Below are positions 36,789-46,436 of a stretch of DNA of 64,000 nt, piece after piece. Every line of letters starts with the position of its first letter. Within the stretch, counting starts at the first letter, position 1. The DNA comes from an uncultured archaeon. Lineage in GTDB: Archaea > Asgardarchaeota > Thorarchaeia > Thorarchaeales > Thorarchaeaceae. The stretch lies in the NCBI GenBank assembly GCA_964558645.1, contig CAZLEV010000007.1, forward strand, positions 64,001-128,000. Reading direction: 5' to 3'. The notes under the pieces are model-generated. The model saw only the letters and a program-made list of their open reading frames with translations, did no database searches and was not told the origin of the DNA. The position numbers and the translations under genes are program-made.

Positions 36789-37583
36789 ATGAGCGAAGGA
36801 GAAATGCGTGAAGAAAGAGTTCGAGAAAGACAGCCAATGGGATATGGTGGCGCAAGTGTCGCCTTTATCGCCGTCTATGCTGCGATTACTGGTGCATTGT
36901 CACTAGTGCCCATTTTCCCGTATGTTGGCGGCGGTGGTTTTGTTCCACTGTCAGTGGTGTTCTCAGCCATTGGTCCGCTAGTTCTAGGACCTATAGGTGG
37001 AGTGATTGCAGCTGCTGTAGGTGGCTTCATCGGGATGTTCATTAGTCCTGCTACCTTCCCCCTGGGCCCAGTAGATGTTCTGCTTACTGGGATCTTTCCT
37101 GCATTCTATACGGCCTTGGCCATAAATGCAGATGAAGATCGATACTGGCTGCTGGCGATTATCTCATGGGTTGGCACCGGTATCTTCGCTTCAGTATACC
37201 CCTATATGTGGCCCGGAATTGAGGGTACATCTTGGGTACCACTTGTCGCAATCTTGGGTGCCTACTACTGGCTTCCATGGCTGATTATCTTGATTACACC
37301 ACTAAGGACTCGAATAGCTGAATGGGCTCGGTCGGAAGAGCCGAAGATGCGCTATATTGGCGTTTTCTTAGCTGCGCTGATCGGGTTGATGGCATGGTAT
37401 CTCCCGTGGTCCTTGCCATACTGGCAGATTCTTAGCTACACCGTTGAGTTCGGAATCACAGTACATATCGGCTATACTTGGTGGGTGCCTACTATGGCTA
37501 TTATCACTACCCTCATCTCAGTGCCGGTAGTAGAAGCCATGGCAAGAAGTGGGTTGCCACGAATCCCACGTGCGATCTGGTAA
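36789..37583 (+). CDS. ECF transporter substrate-binding S component
   Basis: 6-7 TM; AxxxA helix 1 (IAVYAAITGAL); GPLVLGPIGG..AAAVGGFIG; directly upstream of ecfA/ecfT. Confidence 0.8.
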   Translation: MSEGEMREERVRERQPMGYGGASVAFIAVYAAITGALSLVPIFPYVGGGGFVPLSVVFSAIGPLVLGPIGGVIAAAVGGFIGMFISPATFPLGPVDVLLTGIFPAFYTALAINADEDRYWLLAIISWVGTGIFASVYPYMWPGIEGTSWVPLVAILGAYYWLPWLIILITPLRTRIAEWARSEEPKMRYIGVFLAALIGLMAWYLPWSLPYWQILSYTVEFGITVHIGYTWWVPTMAIITTLISVPVVEAMARSGLPRIPRAIW

Positions 37584-37600
37584 TCAGATAGTTCAGTTTG

Positions 37601-37638
37601 ACACCAGCCAGGATTCTGGCTGGTGTTTAGTTACTTTT
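37601..37638 (+). terminator. Perfect 11-bp intra-operon hairpin
   Basis: ACACCAGCCAG-GATT-CTGGCTGGTGT followed by TTAGTTACTTTT, between the S-component and ATPase genes. Confidence 0.75.
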
Positions 37639-37687
37639 AAGAATAGGTTAGCTCCTCTAGGTAAATTGTCACAATGAGGAGAACCAG

Positions 37688-39439
37688 ATGAGTCAAACTT
37701 CCCTTGTAAAAATAGAGAATCTGTCGTTCACCTATGAACGTGGCCCCCAAGCCTTGTCGAATGTTTCCTTCGAGCTTTCAAAGGGAGATGTGCTTGCCGT
37801 CTTAGGGGCAAATGGTGCTGGAAAAACTACACTTTGTTTCCATATCAACGGGATCATTCCTGAAGTATATGGTGGAACGGAGAAGGGAGAGGTTTCGGTG
37901 GCCGGTTTAGATCCATGGGAACGTCCCATAGTGGAATTGGCTGAGAACGCAGGAATGGTGCTACAAGACCCTGAAAGTCAATTCGTAACCAATGATGTCA
38001 AATCAGAACTGTCTTTTGGTCCGGCCAATCTTGGTGTTCCAGCAGACGAGATATTGGAGCGGATGGACTACGCAACCGAAGTTTGTGGTCTGGACGGACT
38101 CTGGGACCGTGCGCCGACAGATCTGAGCGGAGGACAGAAACAGCGTGTCGCTCTTGGAGCTGGCCTGACCATGCTACCGAAAGTCTTGATCCTCGACGAA
38201 CCTACAAGCCAACTCGATCCTGTCGGTACCGATGAAGTCTTGGACGCCCTTCAGCGACTGACGCAAGAGAAGGAAATGACGATAATCATATCAACTCACA
38301 AGACCGAGAAAGTTGCCGACTTCGCGACACGGGTCTTGGTCTTGGAGGAGGGTAAGATTGTGGCTCAAGGAACTCCAAAGGATGTCTTTGCTCGGACTGA
38401 AATGCTAGAATCCGTGGGAGTCAATCCTCCCCAGGTGACCCTGCTCTGCGCCCAGCTAGCCGAGAAGATTCCCGGCTTCAAAGAAAAATACGAGGAGAAG
38501 GGAGGTATTCCTATCTCGCTTGAAGAGTGCAGGAGCCTGCTTACAGAACTGCTTGAGGACGGGTTCATCCGAATCGACGAAGAAAAGAAGCTTCCTGAAC
38601 CTGAAGTGCCGTCTGAGGAAGTTGTGCTCGAAGTCAAAGATCTTGTCTATGTCTATCCCGGGCGAAATCCTGTCACGGCACTCAAGGGTGTTAATCTGAC
38701 AGTGAACAAGGGAGAAGTTGTAGCCATAATTGGCCAGAATGGATCCGGCAAGACTACCCTCGTGAAGCACTTTGTGGGACTGCTCAAGGCCACAGAAGGA
38801 GAAGTCATTGCTTTGGGTAAAGACGTGGCTCAAATGACCACGGGAACACTGGCAAAGACGATTTCACTCATCCTGCAGAATCCAGACTATCAGCTATTCA
38901 GCATATCGGCTGAGAGAGAGATTGAATTCGGCCTGAAGAACTTGGGACTGCCTCAAGATGAGATAAAGAAGAGAGTGGAGTCTGCCCTTAAGGATGCTGA
39001 TCTACTGGAAGACCGCGATACATTTCCTTTCCGGTTGAGTTTTGGTGACCGAAGAAAACTGGCTGCCGCAGCAGGTATCGCTATGGATCCTGGGATTCTG
39101 ATTCTGGATGAGCCGACAACAGCACAAGATTACAGAGGCCGCCATCGACTCGCTCAGATTGCCAATAAAATGCAGAAGCAAGGTAAGACCTCTCTTATGA
39201 TATCGCACGATATGGAACTAATCGCCACATATTGTCCACGAACCGTAGTGCTTGCTGATGGGAAGAAGATTCTAGATGCCTCAACAAGAGAAGTATTCTC
39301 GAAGGTAGATGTGTTGAAGAAATCGAATATTCATCCCCCTCAGATAACTCAGTTGGCTGCGATGTTGAACGGACACGGACTCACCCAAGTTCCATTGACG
39401 GTAGATGAGATGGCTAGTCTGATTATAGGAGGTGAATAA
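37688..39439 (+). CDS. ecfA: ECF transporter ATPase, fused double ABC domain (EcfA-A')
   Basis: GANGAGKT/LSGGQKQR/ILDEPT and GQNGSGKT/LSFGDRRK/ILDEPT; QDPESQ and QNPDYQ Q-loops. Confidence 0.92.
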   Translation: MSQTSLVKIENLSFTYERGPQALSNVSFELSKGDVLAVLGANGAGKTTLCFHINGIIPEVYGGTEKGEVSVAGLDPWERPIVELAENAGMVLQDPESQFVTNDVKSELSFGPANLGVPADEILERMDYATEVCGLDGLWDRAPTDLSGGQKQRVALGAGLTMLPKVLILDEPTSQLDPVGTDEVLDALQRLTQEKEMTIIISTHKTEKVADFATRVLVLEEGKIVAQGTPKDVFARTEMLESVGVNPPQVTLLCAQLAEKIPGFKEKYEEKGGIPISLEECRSLLTELLEDGFIRIDEEKKLPEPEVPSEEVVLEVKDLVYVYPGRNPVTALKGVNLTVNKGEVVAIIGQNGSGKTTLVKHFVGLLKATEGEVIALGKDVAQMTTGTLAKTISLILQNPDYQLFSISAEREIEFGLKNLGLPQDEIKKRVESALKDADLLEDRDTFPFRLSFGDRRKLAAAAGIAMDPGILILDEPTTAQDYRGRHRLAQIANKMQKQGKTSLMISHDMELIATYCPRTVVLADGKKILDASTREVFSKVDVLKKSNIHPPQITQLAAMLNGHGLTQVPLTVDEMASLIIGGE

Positions 39440-40514
39440 CTTGGCTTTTCAGTATATCCAAAAGGATACTCCTCTTGACCGGATGAATCCTCTAGTCAAG
39501 TTCCTCTTCGTCGGCTGTGCTCTCGTATTTGGTTTGACAGTAGGTACGGGTGGACAGATACAAGACCTCAGCGTAATTGTGATCTGGATGTTGCTAGTCA
39601 CAAGTTGGTGGATTGCGGGCAAGATCGAGTTGAAGAGCTTGGGAATTCTCCTTTCACTCCTGAAATGGATGGTTCTATTCTTGATCATCGTTCAGGGGCT
39701 CACGTGGAAACTTGGGGATTCGACCACTGTCTTACAGCTCTTTGATTTTCCTTCAACTGGAACCGGTGGTCAGCCAGTCAATTTTGGTCATCTCACAGTG
39801 GGCGGAGTTCTCTTTGGACTACTGGTCAGCACTCGTATTATGGCAGTCGTTGCAGTGATTCCAATATTCACTATGACCACTTCGATGTCCCGACTGAATG
39901 CTGCGCTTACCAAGATTAAGGTACCTGAGAAGATCATCTTCATGATTGTTACTGCTATGCGATTTGTGCCGTTGGTTCAAGAGAGCTGGCAGGCAATTAT
40001 TGATGCGCAGAAAATCAGAGGCTTCGATATCGACAAGGCAAACTTCTTCCAGAAGATCAGACGGGCCTACATCCCGATCATCACTCCCCTCATTCTTTTG
40101 ATGTTCAGAAGAGCCATGGATCTAGAAGTGGCAATCAGCGCTCGCGCATTCGGATCAAAGAGAGAACGTACATATATAGAGGACATATCGTTCAAACGCG
40201 TAGACTATCTTGGCTTTGTAGCTGTCTTGGGAACATTCTTCCTTGTTATGTATCTCAGGTTCTTCCAGGCTGGAATGCTCTATCTTGTAATGACCGAGTA
40301 TCTTGGTGTTGCAGCAAGTCTATTCCTCACCGTCATGAGTAGTATAGGTGTCATCGATTTCGTGCAGGCTCTCAATGCCGTTCTCCTTCAGATTCCGTAC
40401 ATGAGTATCTACTTCGGCTACTTCAACAACTACATGTTCACAGGATATGGAGCGGTCTTCGGTCTTCTACTGATGGTGTTTGTTGTCTACAAGATAATTG
40501 GGCGATATCGATGA
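39432..40514 (+). CDS. ecfT: ECF transporter transmembrane T component
   Basis: LDRMNPLVKF, AMRFVP, AQKIRG, AISARAF coupling motifs. Confidence 0.92.
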   Translation: MNNLAFQYIQKDTPLDRMNPLVKFLFVGCALVFGLTVGTGGQIQDLSVIVIWMLLVTSWWIAGKIELKSLGILLSLLKWMVLFLIIVQGLTWKLGDSTTVLQLFDFPSTGTGGQPVNFGHLTVGGVLFGLLVSTRIMAVVAVIPIFTMTTSMSRLNAALTKIKVPEKIIFMIVTAMRFVPLVQESWQAIIDAQKIRGFDIDKANFFQKIRRAYIPIITPLILLMFRRAMDLEVAISARAFGSKRERTYIEDISFKRVDYLGFVAVLGTFFLVMYLRFFQAGMLYLVMTEYLGVAASLFLTVMSSIGVIDFVQALNAVLLQIPYMSIYFGYFNNYMFTGYGAVFGLLLMVFVVYKIIGRYR

Positions 40515-40520
40515 TCAGCT

Positions 40521-40562
40521 GATGATGGATTGAGAACCTTTCAGAGGTTCTCCTACATCATC
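40521..40562. terminator. Inverted repeat between convergent genes
   Basis: GATGATG...GAGAACCT-TTCAG-AGGTTCTC...CATCATC. Confidence 0.6.
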
Positions 40563-40584
40563 TCAGTCGGACTTGTTCGGGATA

Positions 40585-41487
40585 TCAATCTCGCCATTCT
40601 CTAATGCTATCTTGAATCTGCAGCGAACCGAGATTCTTGAACACTTCACCTTTCTCTAGGTTTCTGTAGACGGGGAATCTTCCCTTGATTGGTGAATCCC
40701 TCAGAGTCTTCCATACAGGGGTGTTACCTGACGTACCATGTTGTCGAAGCCACGAAACTCTCTCCAAATCTATTGCCTCAACCATGGTTTCTTCATGCTG
40801 TCCTGCCTGCCGAAGCACTCTGCCTTCAGGATCTGCTAGAATCGACTGTCCACCACCCTGCTGGCCTATTGTGTTGATGCCGAACATGTAGATTTGGTTG
40901 AAGATTGCATGGGCCCTTGTCATGATGAGTTCAGTGTCACGGTCCGGCAGGAAAACTGCAGTGGGCTGAAGAACAATCTCAGCTCCCATCCATGCGAGGG
41001 TTCTAATCATCTCTGGTATCCATATGTCGTAACAGATAGCCAGACCTATCTTCCCTAGATTCTCGAAGTCAAAGACCACAAACTCATTGCCTGAGTCATA
41101 GTCTTCCCGAGGCAACCAGGGGAAGATCTTGCGGTACTTGGTCACAATCTCTCCCTCTCTGTTGAAAACCAGCGCAGTATTATAGACTTCTTGCCCATCT
41201 CGTTCTAGCAGTGTCCCAGGTATGAGCCAAGTTTCGAGAGTCTTCGCGAACTCAGAGAGCTCGTCGGTTAGCTCGTTTGGAATCTCCTGTGCATTTGCTC
41301 CCCATTCCTCTTCTGGTGAATGTTCTGCCAAGTAGTACTCACCAGTGAAGATGATGTCAACCCAGGGAAAATCACGCTTCATTTCTCTGGAAACTGACAT
41401 AAACTTCTCCAGGTTTGCTCTTGCATCAACCGGATTTCTTGCGAGTTGTAGGCCAGCGACCCCTATATATCTAGACATTTGAATCAA
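40585..41487 (-). CDS. Carbon-nitrogen hydrolase (nitrilase/amidase superfamily)
   Basis: Glu-Lys-Cys triad: FTGEY, KYRKIFP, ICYD; YNTA. Confidence 0.9.
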   Translation of the reverse strand: MIQMSRYIGVAGLQLARNPVDARANLEKFMSVSREMKRDFPWVDIIFTGEYYLAEHSPEEEWGANAQEIPNELTDELSEFAKTLETWLIPGTLLERDGQEVYNTALVFNREGEIVTKYRKIFPWLPREDYDSGNEFVVFDFENLGKIGLAICYDIWIPEMIRTLAWMGAEIVLQPTAVFLPDRDTELIMTRAHAIFNQIYMFGINTIGQQGGGQSILADPEGRVLRQAGQHEETMVEAIDLERVSWLRQHGTSGNTPVWKTLRDSPIKGRFPVYRNLEKGEVFKNLGSLQIQDSIREWRD

Positions 41488-41641
41488 CCTTTAGAAACAT
41501 TGTACGTGCCTTGTTTGCCTAGTCTTATCGGGTGTCTTCACATAAACATGTGGCTATCTACAACCTTATCTGTGGCCACGAACTCAACCCCTGTGAAACT
41601 CGTGTGTAGAGCCTACACACATAATTACCACCTGAGGTATC

Positions 41642-43102
41642 ATGTTGGATCAAAGCGTTATCTCTCATTTGAAGCAACTAGTCGGAAGTGAAGACATCGT
41701 ATACGAACGAGTTGACCTGTTTGCATACGCCCGAGATTTGACTCCCTATTTGGCACTTCCAGATGTAGTAGTATTCCCCAGAACAAAACAATCTGTTTCT
41801 GCGATAGTCAGACTTGCTTCGGATAATCGCATTCCCCTCACTCCCCGGGGTGGGGGCGCATCTTTTCAAGGATCGTCGCTTCCGATCAAAGGCGGCATTC
41901 TACTCGATCTCAGCAGAATGAATGAGATTCTGGAGATCAGTGAAGAAGACATGGTTGCAGTAGTGCAACCAGGTGTCAGATACGAAACCTTCGACAAGGC
42001 ACTCTCTGAACGCGGGCTGTCATGGCCGCATGATGTGGGAAGTCATGATGCAGCAAGCATCGGCGGCATTCTTGCCTCAGATTCGAATGGACATCATGCC
42101 TACAAGCATGGTCGTGTCAGTTCTTGGATTCAAGCTATGGAGATTGTGCTTGCAGATGGCTCTGTTCTGAATCTTGGTACAAGGGCACCGCGTTATAATA
42201 TGGGGTATAACCTTGCTGCCCTCTTTTCCGGCTCACAGGGCACACTCGGTATCATCACTGAGGCAATCCTAAGGCTGGTACCTCGCCCGAAATATGACGC
42301 CACAATCGGAGCATTCTTCGATGACCTAGACGATCTTATGGCGGCGTCTCATGCTATCACATTGTCAGGTGTTGACGCAGGAACGCTTGAGGCAACAGAC
42401 GGGTATACAGTCAGAACCATCAGTGACGTGATGGACTTCGGCTTCCCTGAGTGTGAAGGTAACTTTGTTGGTGACATCCAGGCTTTCGACAAGGACGACC
42501 TCGAGAGACGACTGAACATCATGGCAGACATTTTGCGCGAACATGGTGGCAAAGAGGTCATCTTCGCGTACGATGATGCAACTATTCGGAAGCTTTGGGC
42601 CCCTCGGATGGAGATCGATGTAGCCATCATGAAGACCGACCCAGGGTACCGAGAGATCGGGTTCGCAGCAGCTGACCCTTGCGTGCCTCTATCTAAGCAA
42701 GCCGAAGCTATACGGGAGATCGGTAGGATAATCAGGTCACACGGACTTATCGCGGCTGTTTTCTGTCACACAGGAATTGGAATCATCCATCCTGCAGCCC
42801 TCATGGACCCCAAGAGTGAGGATCATTGGAAGGCTCTCAAACTGGCCGAGAAGGAAGTCATTGAGTATGTCTTCAGCATCGGAGGTGTCTTGAGTGCAGA
42901 GCATGGCCTTGGGTACGTCAAGAACCCCTATGTTAAGCGGGCTGTTGGTGAGAAAAAGCTCGAGATTGACCGGAAAATCAAGAAGTTACTCGACCCCGAT
43001 GGGGTCTTCAATCCGCGCAAGATGGCGCTTGACACGGAGGAACGAGACGTTGAGGCTAAGCCGATTCATTCGGCATATGTGACAGATAAGGAGGCTTGGT
43101 AG
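41642..43102 (+). CDS. glcD: FAD-linked oxidase, glycolate/D-lactate dehydrogenase subunit
   Basis: TPRGGG, DLSRMNEI, ASIGG, GSQGTLGIITE, SAEHGLG, DPDGVFNPRK. Confidence 0.88.
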   Translation: MLDQSVISHLKQLVGSEDIVYERVDLFAYARDLTPYLALPDVVVFPRTKQSVSAIVRLASDNRIPLTPRGGGASFQGSSLPIKGGILLDLSRMNEILEISEEDMVAVVQPGVRYETFDKALSERGLSWPHDVGSHDAASIGGILASDSNGHHAYKHGRVSSWIQAMEIVLADGSVLNLGTRAPRYNMGYNLAALFSGSQGTLGIITEAILRLVPRPKYDATIGAFFDDLDDLMAASHAITLSGVDAGTLEATDGYTVRTISDVMDFGFPECEGNFVGDIQAFDKDDLERRLNIMADILREHGGKEVIFAYDDATIRKLWAPRMEIDVAIMKTDPGYREIGFAAADPCVPLSKQAEAIREIGRIIRSHGLIAAVFCHTGIGIIHPAALMDPKSEDHWKALKLAEKEVIEYVFSIGGVLSAEHGLGYVKNPYVKRAVGEKKLEIDRKIKKLLDPDGVFNPRKMALDTEERDVEAKPIHSAYVTDKEAW

Positions 43103-43106
43103 TCAG

Positions 43107-43499
43107 ATGTCACTTGAAGACCATAGGCACATCATCATGGAATGCGTGAGTTGCGGTCTCTGTCAAAGCAATTGTCCCATCTACAAGCAGTCCTATCTCG
43201 AGTCCAACAGCGCGAAGGGGAAGATGTCCATTCTGTACGCGTTGCTTGAGGGGTGGCTGGATTGGGATGAGGTTGCAGAGAGGATGTACGAGTGTACCAC
43301 TTGCAAGAACTGTCAGGCAACGTGTCTCTCCGGATTGGATATCCCTGCAGTCGTCGAGGCCGCTAGAGCCGAGTTAGTGAAGCGGGGTTACGGAAACGAA
43401 ATCTCAGCAAAACTGGCAGAGAACCTGAAAGAGACCCACAATCCCTTCGGTGAGGATCCGAAAGTGCGAAACAAATTCAAAGAACTGGCGGAGGCGTAA
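43107..43499 (+). CDS. 2x[4Fe-4S] subunit (N-terminal half of a GlcF/HdrD-like protein)
   Basis: CVSCGLCQSNCP and CTTCKNCQATC; GGAGG upstream. Confidence 0.88.
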   Translation: MSLEDHRHIIMECVSCGLCQSNCPIYKQSYLESNSAKGKMSILYALLEGWLDWDEVAERMYECTTCKNCQATCLSGLDIPAVVEAARAELVKRGYGNEISAKLAENLKETHNPFGEDPKVRNKFKELAEA

Positions 43500-43502
43500 C
43501 AG

Positions 43503-44225
43503 TTGATAGTGTATTTTCTTGGTTGTATGGCAACGTACCGGCTACCATCTATAGCAGAGGCAACAATCAAGATTCTGAAACATGCAGGTGTTGACTTCAA
43601 GACGCTTGGTGAGGACGAGTGGTGTTGCGGCAGTGTCACTCTTCGCACCGGTTTCAATGAAGAGGCCGAGTATCTTGCTCGCCACAATGTTGAGGCTATC
43701 AAGGACGCAGGAGCCGATCGAGTTGTCACTGCCTGCGCCGGTTGCTTCCGAACCCTGTCTGTCGACTACCCGAAGATTCTCGGTGAGGAACTGCCTTTTG
43801 AGGTGGTCCACTTCCCGACGCTTCTCAAGGAGCTCATCGAAGAAGGGGAGATCCAATTCCCGGAGGACGAGCAGATTGCAGTTACCTATCACGATCCGTG
43901 TCACATCGGCCGCCACATGGGAATCTATGACGATCCACGTGAGGCTCTTGAGGCAATACCGAATGTAGAACTACGCGAGATGTTCAAGAATCACGAGAAC
44001 GCCTCGTGCTGCGGTGCTGGTGGGGGCGTTCGCTCGACAAATCGTGACCTAGCGCGAGGGGCAGCTGATACCCGTATCGAAGAGGCTGAGGAAACGGGCG
44101 CATCGGTGTTGACCACTGCTTGCCCGTTTTGTACATTCAATCTGAGAGAGTCGACTGAGCGCTCTGAGTCTGAGGTCGAGATGCTTGACTTCCCTGAGTT
44201 TGTCGCGAAGATACTGAAGCTTTGA
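43503..44225 (+). CDS. CCG-domain Fe-S protein (C-terminal half of a GlcF/HdrD-like protein)
   Basis: YFLGC, EWCCG, TACAGC, TYHDPCHIGR, SCCGAGGG, TACPFC. Confidence 0.9.
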   Translation: MIVYFLGCMATYRLPSIAEATIKILKHAGVDFKTLGEDEWCCGSVTLRTGFNEEAEYLARHNVEAIKDAGADRVVTACAGCFRTLSVDYPKILGEELPFEVVHFPTLLKELIEEGEIQFPEDEQIAVTYHDPCHIGRHMGIYDDPREALEAIPNVELREMFKNHENASCCGAGGGVRSTNRDLARGAADTRIEEAEETGASVLTTACPFCTFNLRESTERSESEVEMLDFPEFVAKILKL

Positions 44226-44434
44226 GCAGAATCATGTCCGTCTGCGCGCAACGGACCCATTCCCTTGCATGCAGTTCGGACTCTTCACAATCTTTCCATA
44301 ACGTAATCGACCTTAGTCCCCTTTTGCCAGTCCGAGTGTGGCTTATGTCGAGAAGGCTCTCCCGGGTCACATTCAAATGATTCTTATGGTTGACCTAACT
44401 CGACTATTCGTGTTTCTAGAGGCGAGATTCTGCG

Positions 44435-45061
44435 ATGGAGTTAATTGATGCGCCTATGCCAATTTCAAAGCGCGTGGCCGTACTAGCAGTCTTTTCAGCG
44501 ATAGCCATCGCCTTGGAAGTCTTTCCAATACCTGGCATCACTGATCTCAAGTTAGTTCCCGCTGTTCCTAGTTTCACAATTGATTGGACAGGGATACCGA
44601 TTACATTCATCTTTCTTGTTCTTGGATTCAACTACTCACTGGTGGCAGTGGCGACAATGGCTCTTGCAATCGGATACCGAAATCCGATTGGAGCTGTATT
44701 CAAGGCCATGTCAGAATTTCTAACGGTCTTGGGAATGCTTGCAGGACTACTCATGTATCGGTGCCTTGCTGAAAAACACACGAACAGAAGAAAGCGGGAG
44801 ATAAAAGCACTTCTCATGTTGCTTGGGGGTGTCTTCTTCAGAATGATGGGAATGTATGTTGCCAACATACTCCTGCTACCTCTGCTTCTGGGCTTGCCAG
44901 AAAGTGCAGCTATTTCAGCATCTGAAATACTAATTCCTTGGAACGGACTCCAAGCTGTCATTAACATACTGGGCGGTTTGATGCTTCTAAGGCTAGTTCC
45001 ACGAGAGGTTCTTCTAGAAGCAGGACTCGATACAGATTCAACAAACATACATCGGGAATAG
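44435..45061 (+). CDS. Stand-alone ECF S component (vitamin-type, substrate unknown)
   Basis: AVLAVFSAIAIALE helix 1, IDWTGIP, about 6 TM, IPWNGLQAVIN. Confidence 0.75.
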   Translation: MELIDAPMPISKRVAVLAVFSAIAIALEVFPIPGITDLKLVPAVPSFTIDWTGIPITFIFLVLGFNYSLVAVATMALAIGYRNPIGAVFKAMSEFLTVLGMLAGLLMYRCLAEKHTNRRKREIKALLMLLGGVFFRMMGMYVANILLLPLLLGLPESAAISASEILIPWNGLQAVINILGGLMLLRLVPREVLLEAGLDTDSTNIHRE

Positions 45062-45122
45062 AACGCTCTCTTGAAATGAAACCTTGGCTCTTCCCCCTGC
45101 ACACTATGCTCGCCTATGTGGC

Positions 45123-46292
45123 TCACATCTCTGTTTCGATGAAGCCTTCCACAAACCTAGAACTGGCCTTCGGCGCCTGTTTCATATCCTTGGCGTACAT
45201 AGCATGTCTCATCAGTCTGTCAAGAGCGACAGTATAGGCATCAAGCGCGCTCCATCCCTCAGATGAACTGTGATACTGACCGTTCACTGTTCTCAGGTTC
45301 ATCCGACATTGAACGAGCGTTCTTTTGCCAGCTACAGATCCTTGGGTCTTCATATACACGAAGAGGATGCCCTTTCCCAGAGTCGTATCGAATTTCTTTC
45401 TGAACGACGTGAAGTTCTGCATCATTATCTCTCTATCTCGGCCCGATATCTCAACCGAGGGCTTGATAGAGAACTGAATCGTGAGACGTCTCGATTCGAT
45501 TGCTTCTCGCGCTAGGGGTTCGAGGAAGTCTAGTTTTGTGACTATCCCGGTCATACGGTCTTCCTTTGTCACGACGAGGCACGATACTTGTTCCCTCTTC
45601 ATTTTGGATACGCAATCCTTCAGAGTGTTCCGTTCGGTCACTGTGACAACGGGCGAGCTCATGACTCCTCGGATCTCAATACCCATCACCCCGTATCTCT
45701 CTCCAATGCGTTCTCCTTTTGTTGTCCGACTTCTGATCTTGTAGACGAGGTCTATGATGTCCTGAATGCTTACCATGCCGATAGTCCTTCCGTCCTCGAC
45801 AACAGGTGCGTGAGATATGCCATGCTCTCTGAAAAGATTCAGTACAGACGCGGCTGTATCCTCGGGCTCCACGACTTCCGGCTTTCTTGACATAATCTCC
45901 TCAACCGGTAAATCCCCCAATGAACCTGATAAGACGCTCTCGAGTATCTGATCGCGCGTTACGATTCCTCTGAATCTCTGTCCCGCATATACTGGAAGCT
46001 GTGCTGCACCGCTCTCAATCATCAGTCTAGCTGCCTCACTGAGAGTATCGCGCATCTGAACCTGAGGAGGTTTCTGTATCAACTTCCTGATTGACACATT
46101 CGCAGGGTTCAGTCTTGATCTCCTCAGTCTTCTCAACGAGATCATACCAACGTATTCGCCTTTCCTGTCTCTGACAGAGAGGGCTTCAACTCCAAGTTCC
46201 TTGAGTCTTGCAAGACATGAGGTAAGACTATCAGTGTCAGTGACCGACTCGGTGATTTCGCTGTAAATATTCTGAACATGAAGGTCATCCAT
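45123..46292 (-). CDS. 4x CBS domain protein with C-terminal HPF/RaiA (S30AE)-like domain; ribosome hibernation factor candidate
   Basis: Four CBS repeats (e.g. VEEIMSRKP...GISHAPVVEDGRTIGMVS). The C-terminal beta-alpha-beta-beta-beta-alpha region ends YHSSSEGWSALDAYTVALDRLMRH, like the HPF dlyxAidxaxdkLxrq motif. Confidence 0.75.
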   Translation of the reverse strand: MDDLHVQNIYSEITESVTDTDSLTSCLARLKELGVEALSVRDRKGEYVGMISLRRLRRSRLNPANVSIRKLIQKPPQVQMRDTLSEAARLMIESGAAQLPVYAGQRFRGIVTRDQILESVLSGSLGDLPVEEIMSRKPEVVEPEDTAASVLNLFREHGISHAPVVEDGRTIGMVSIQDIIDLVYKIRSRTTKGERIGERYGVMGIEIRGVMSSPVVTVTERNTLKDCVSKMKREQVSCLVVTKEDRMTGIVTKLDFLEPLAREAIESRRLTIQFSIKPSVEISGRDREIMMQNFTSFRKKFDTTLGKGILFVYMKTQGSVAGKRTLVQCRMNLRTVNGQYHSSSEGWSALDAYTVALDRLMRHAMYAKDMKQAPKASSRFVEGFIETEM

Positions 46293-46436
46293 TTACTCTA
46301 CCCCGTATCTAAGTAAAATATTGTGACTATTGATATATCTGTTTGGAAGGGGCAGCGAAAAGAAGTGAGCCTACTCTCCGATACGGCTTCTTCTTGTCCT
46401 TGTCCCGAAGTCGTCTAGAACTGCAGGAGAAGATGC

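Noticed and set aside
43497-43502. Selenocysteine or pyrrolysine readthrough
   Set aside because: The stop is TAA, not TGA/TAG, and the downstream ORF has its own SD.
44230-44434. Riboswitch before the second S component
   Set aside because: Small hairpins exist (44236-44256, possibly a terminator), but there is no FMN/TPP/SAM consensus.
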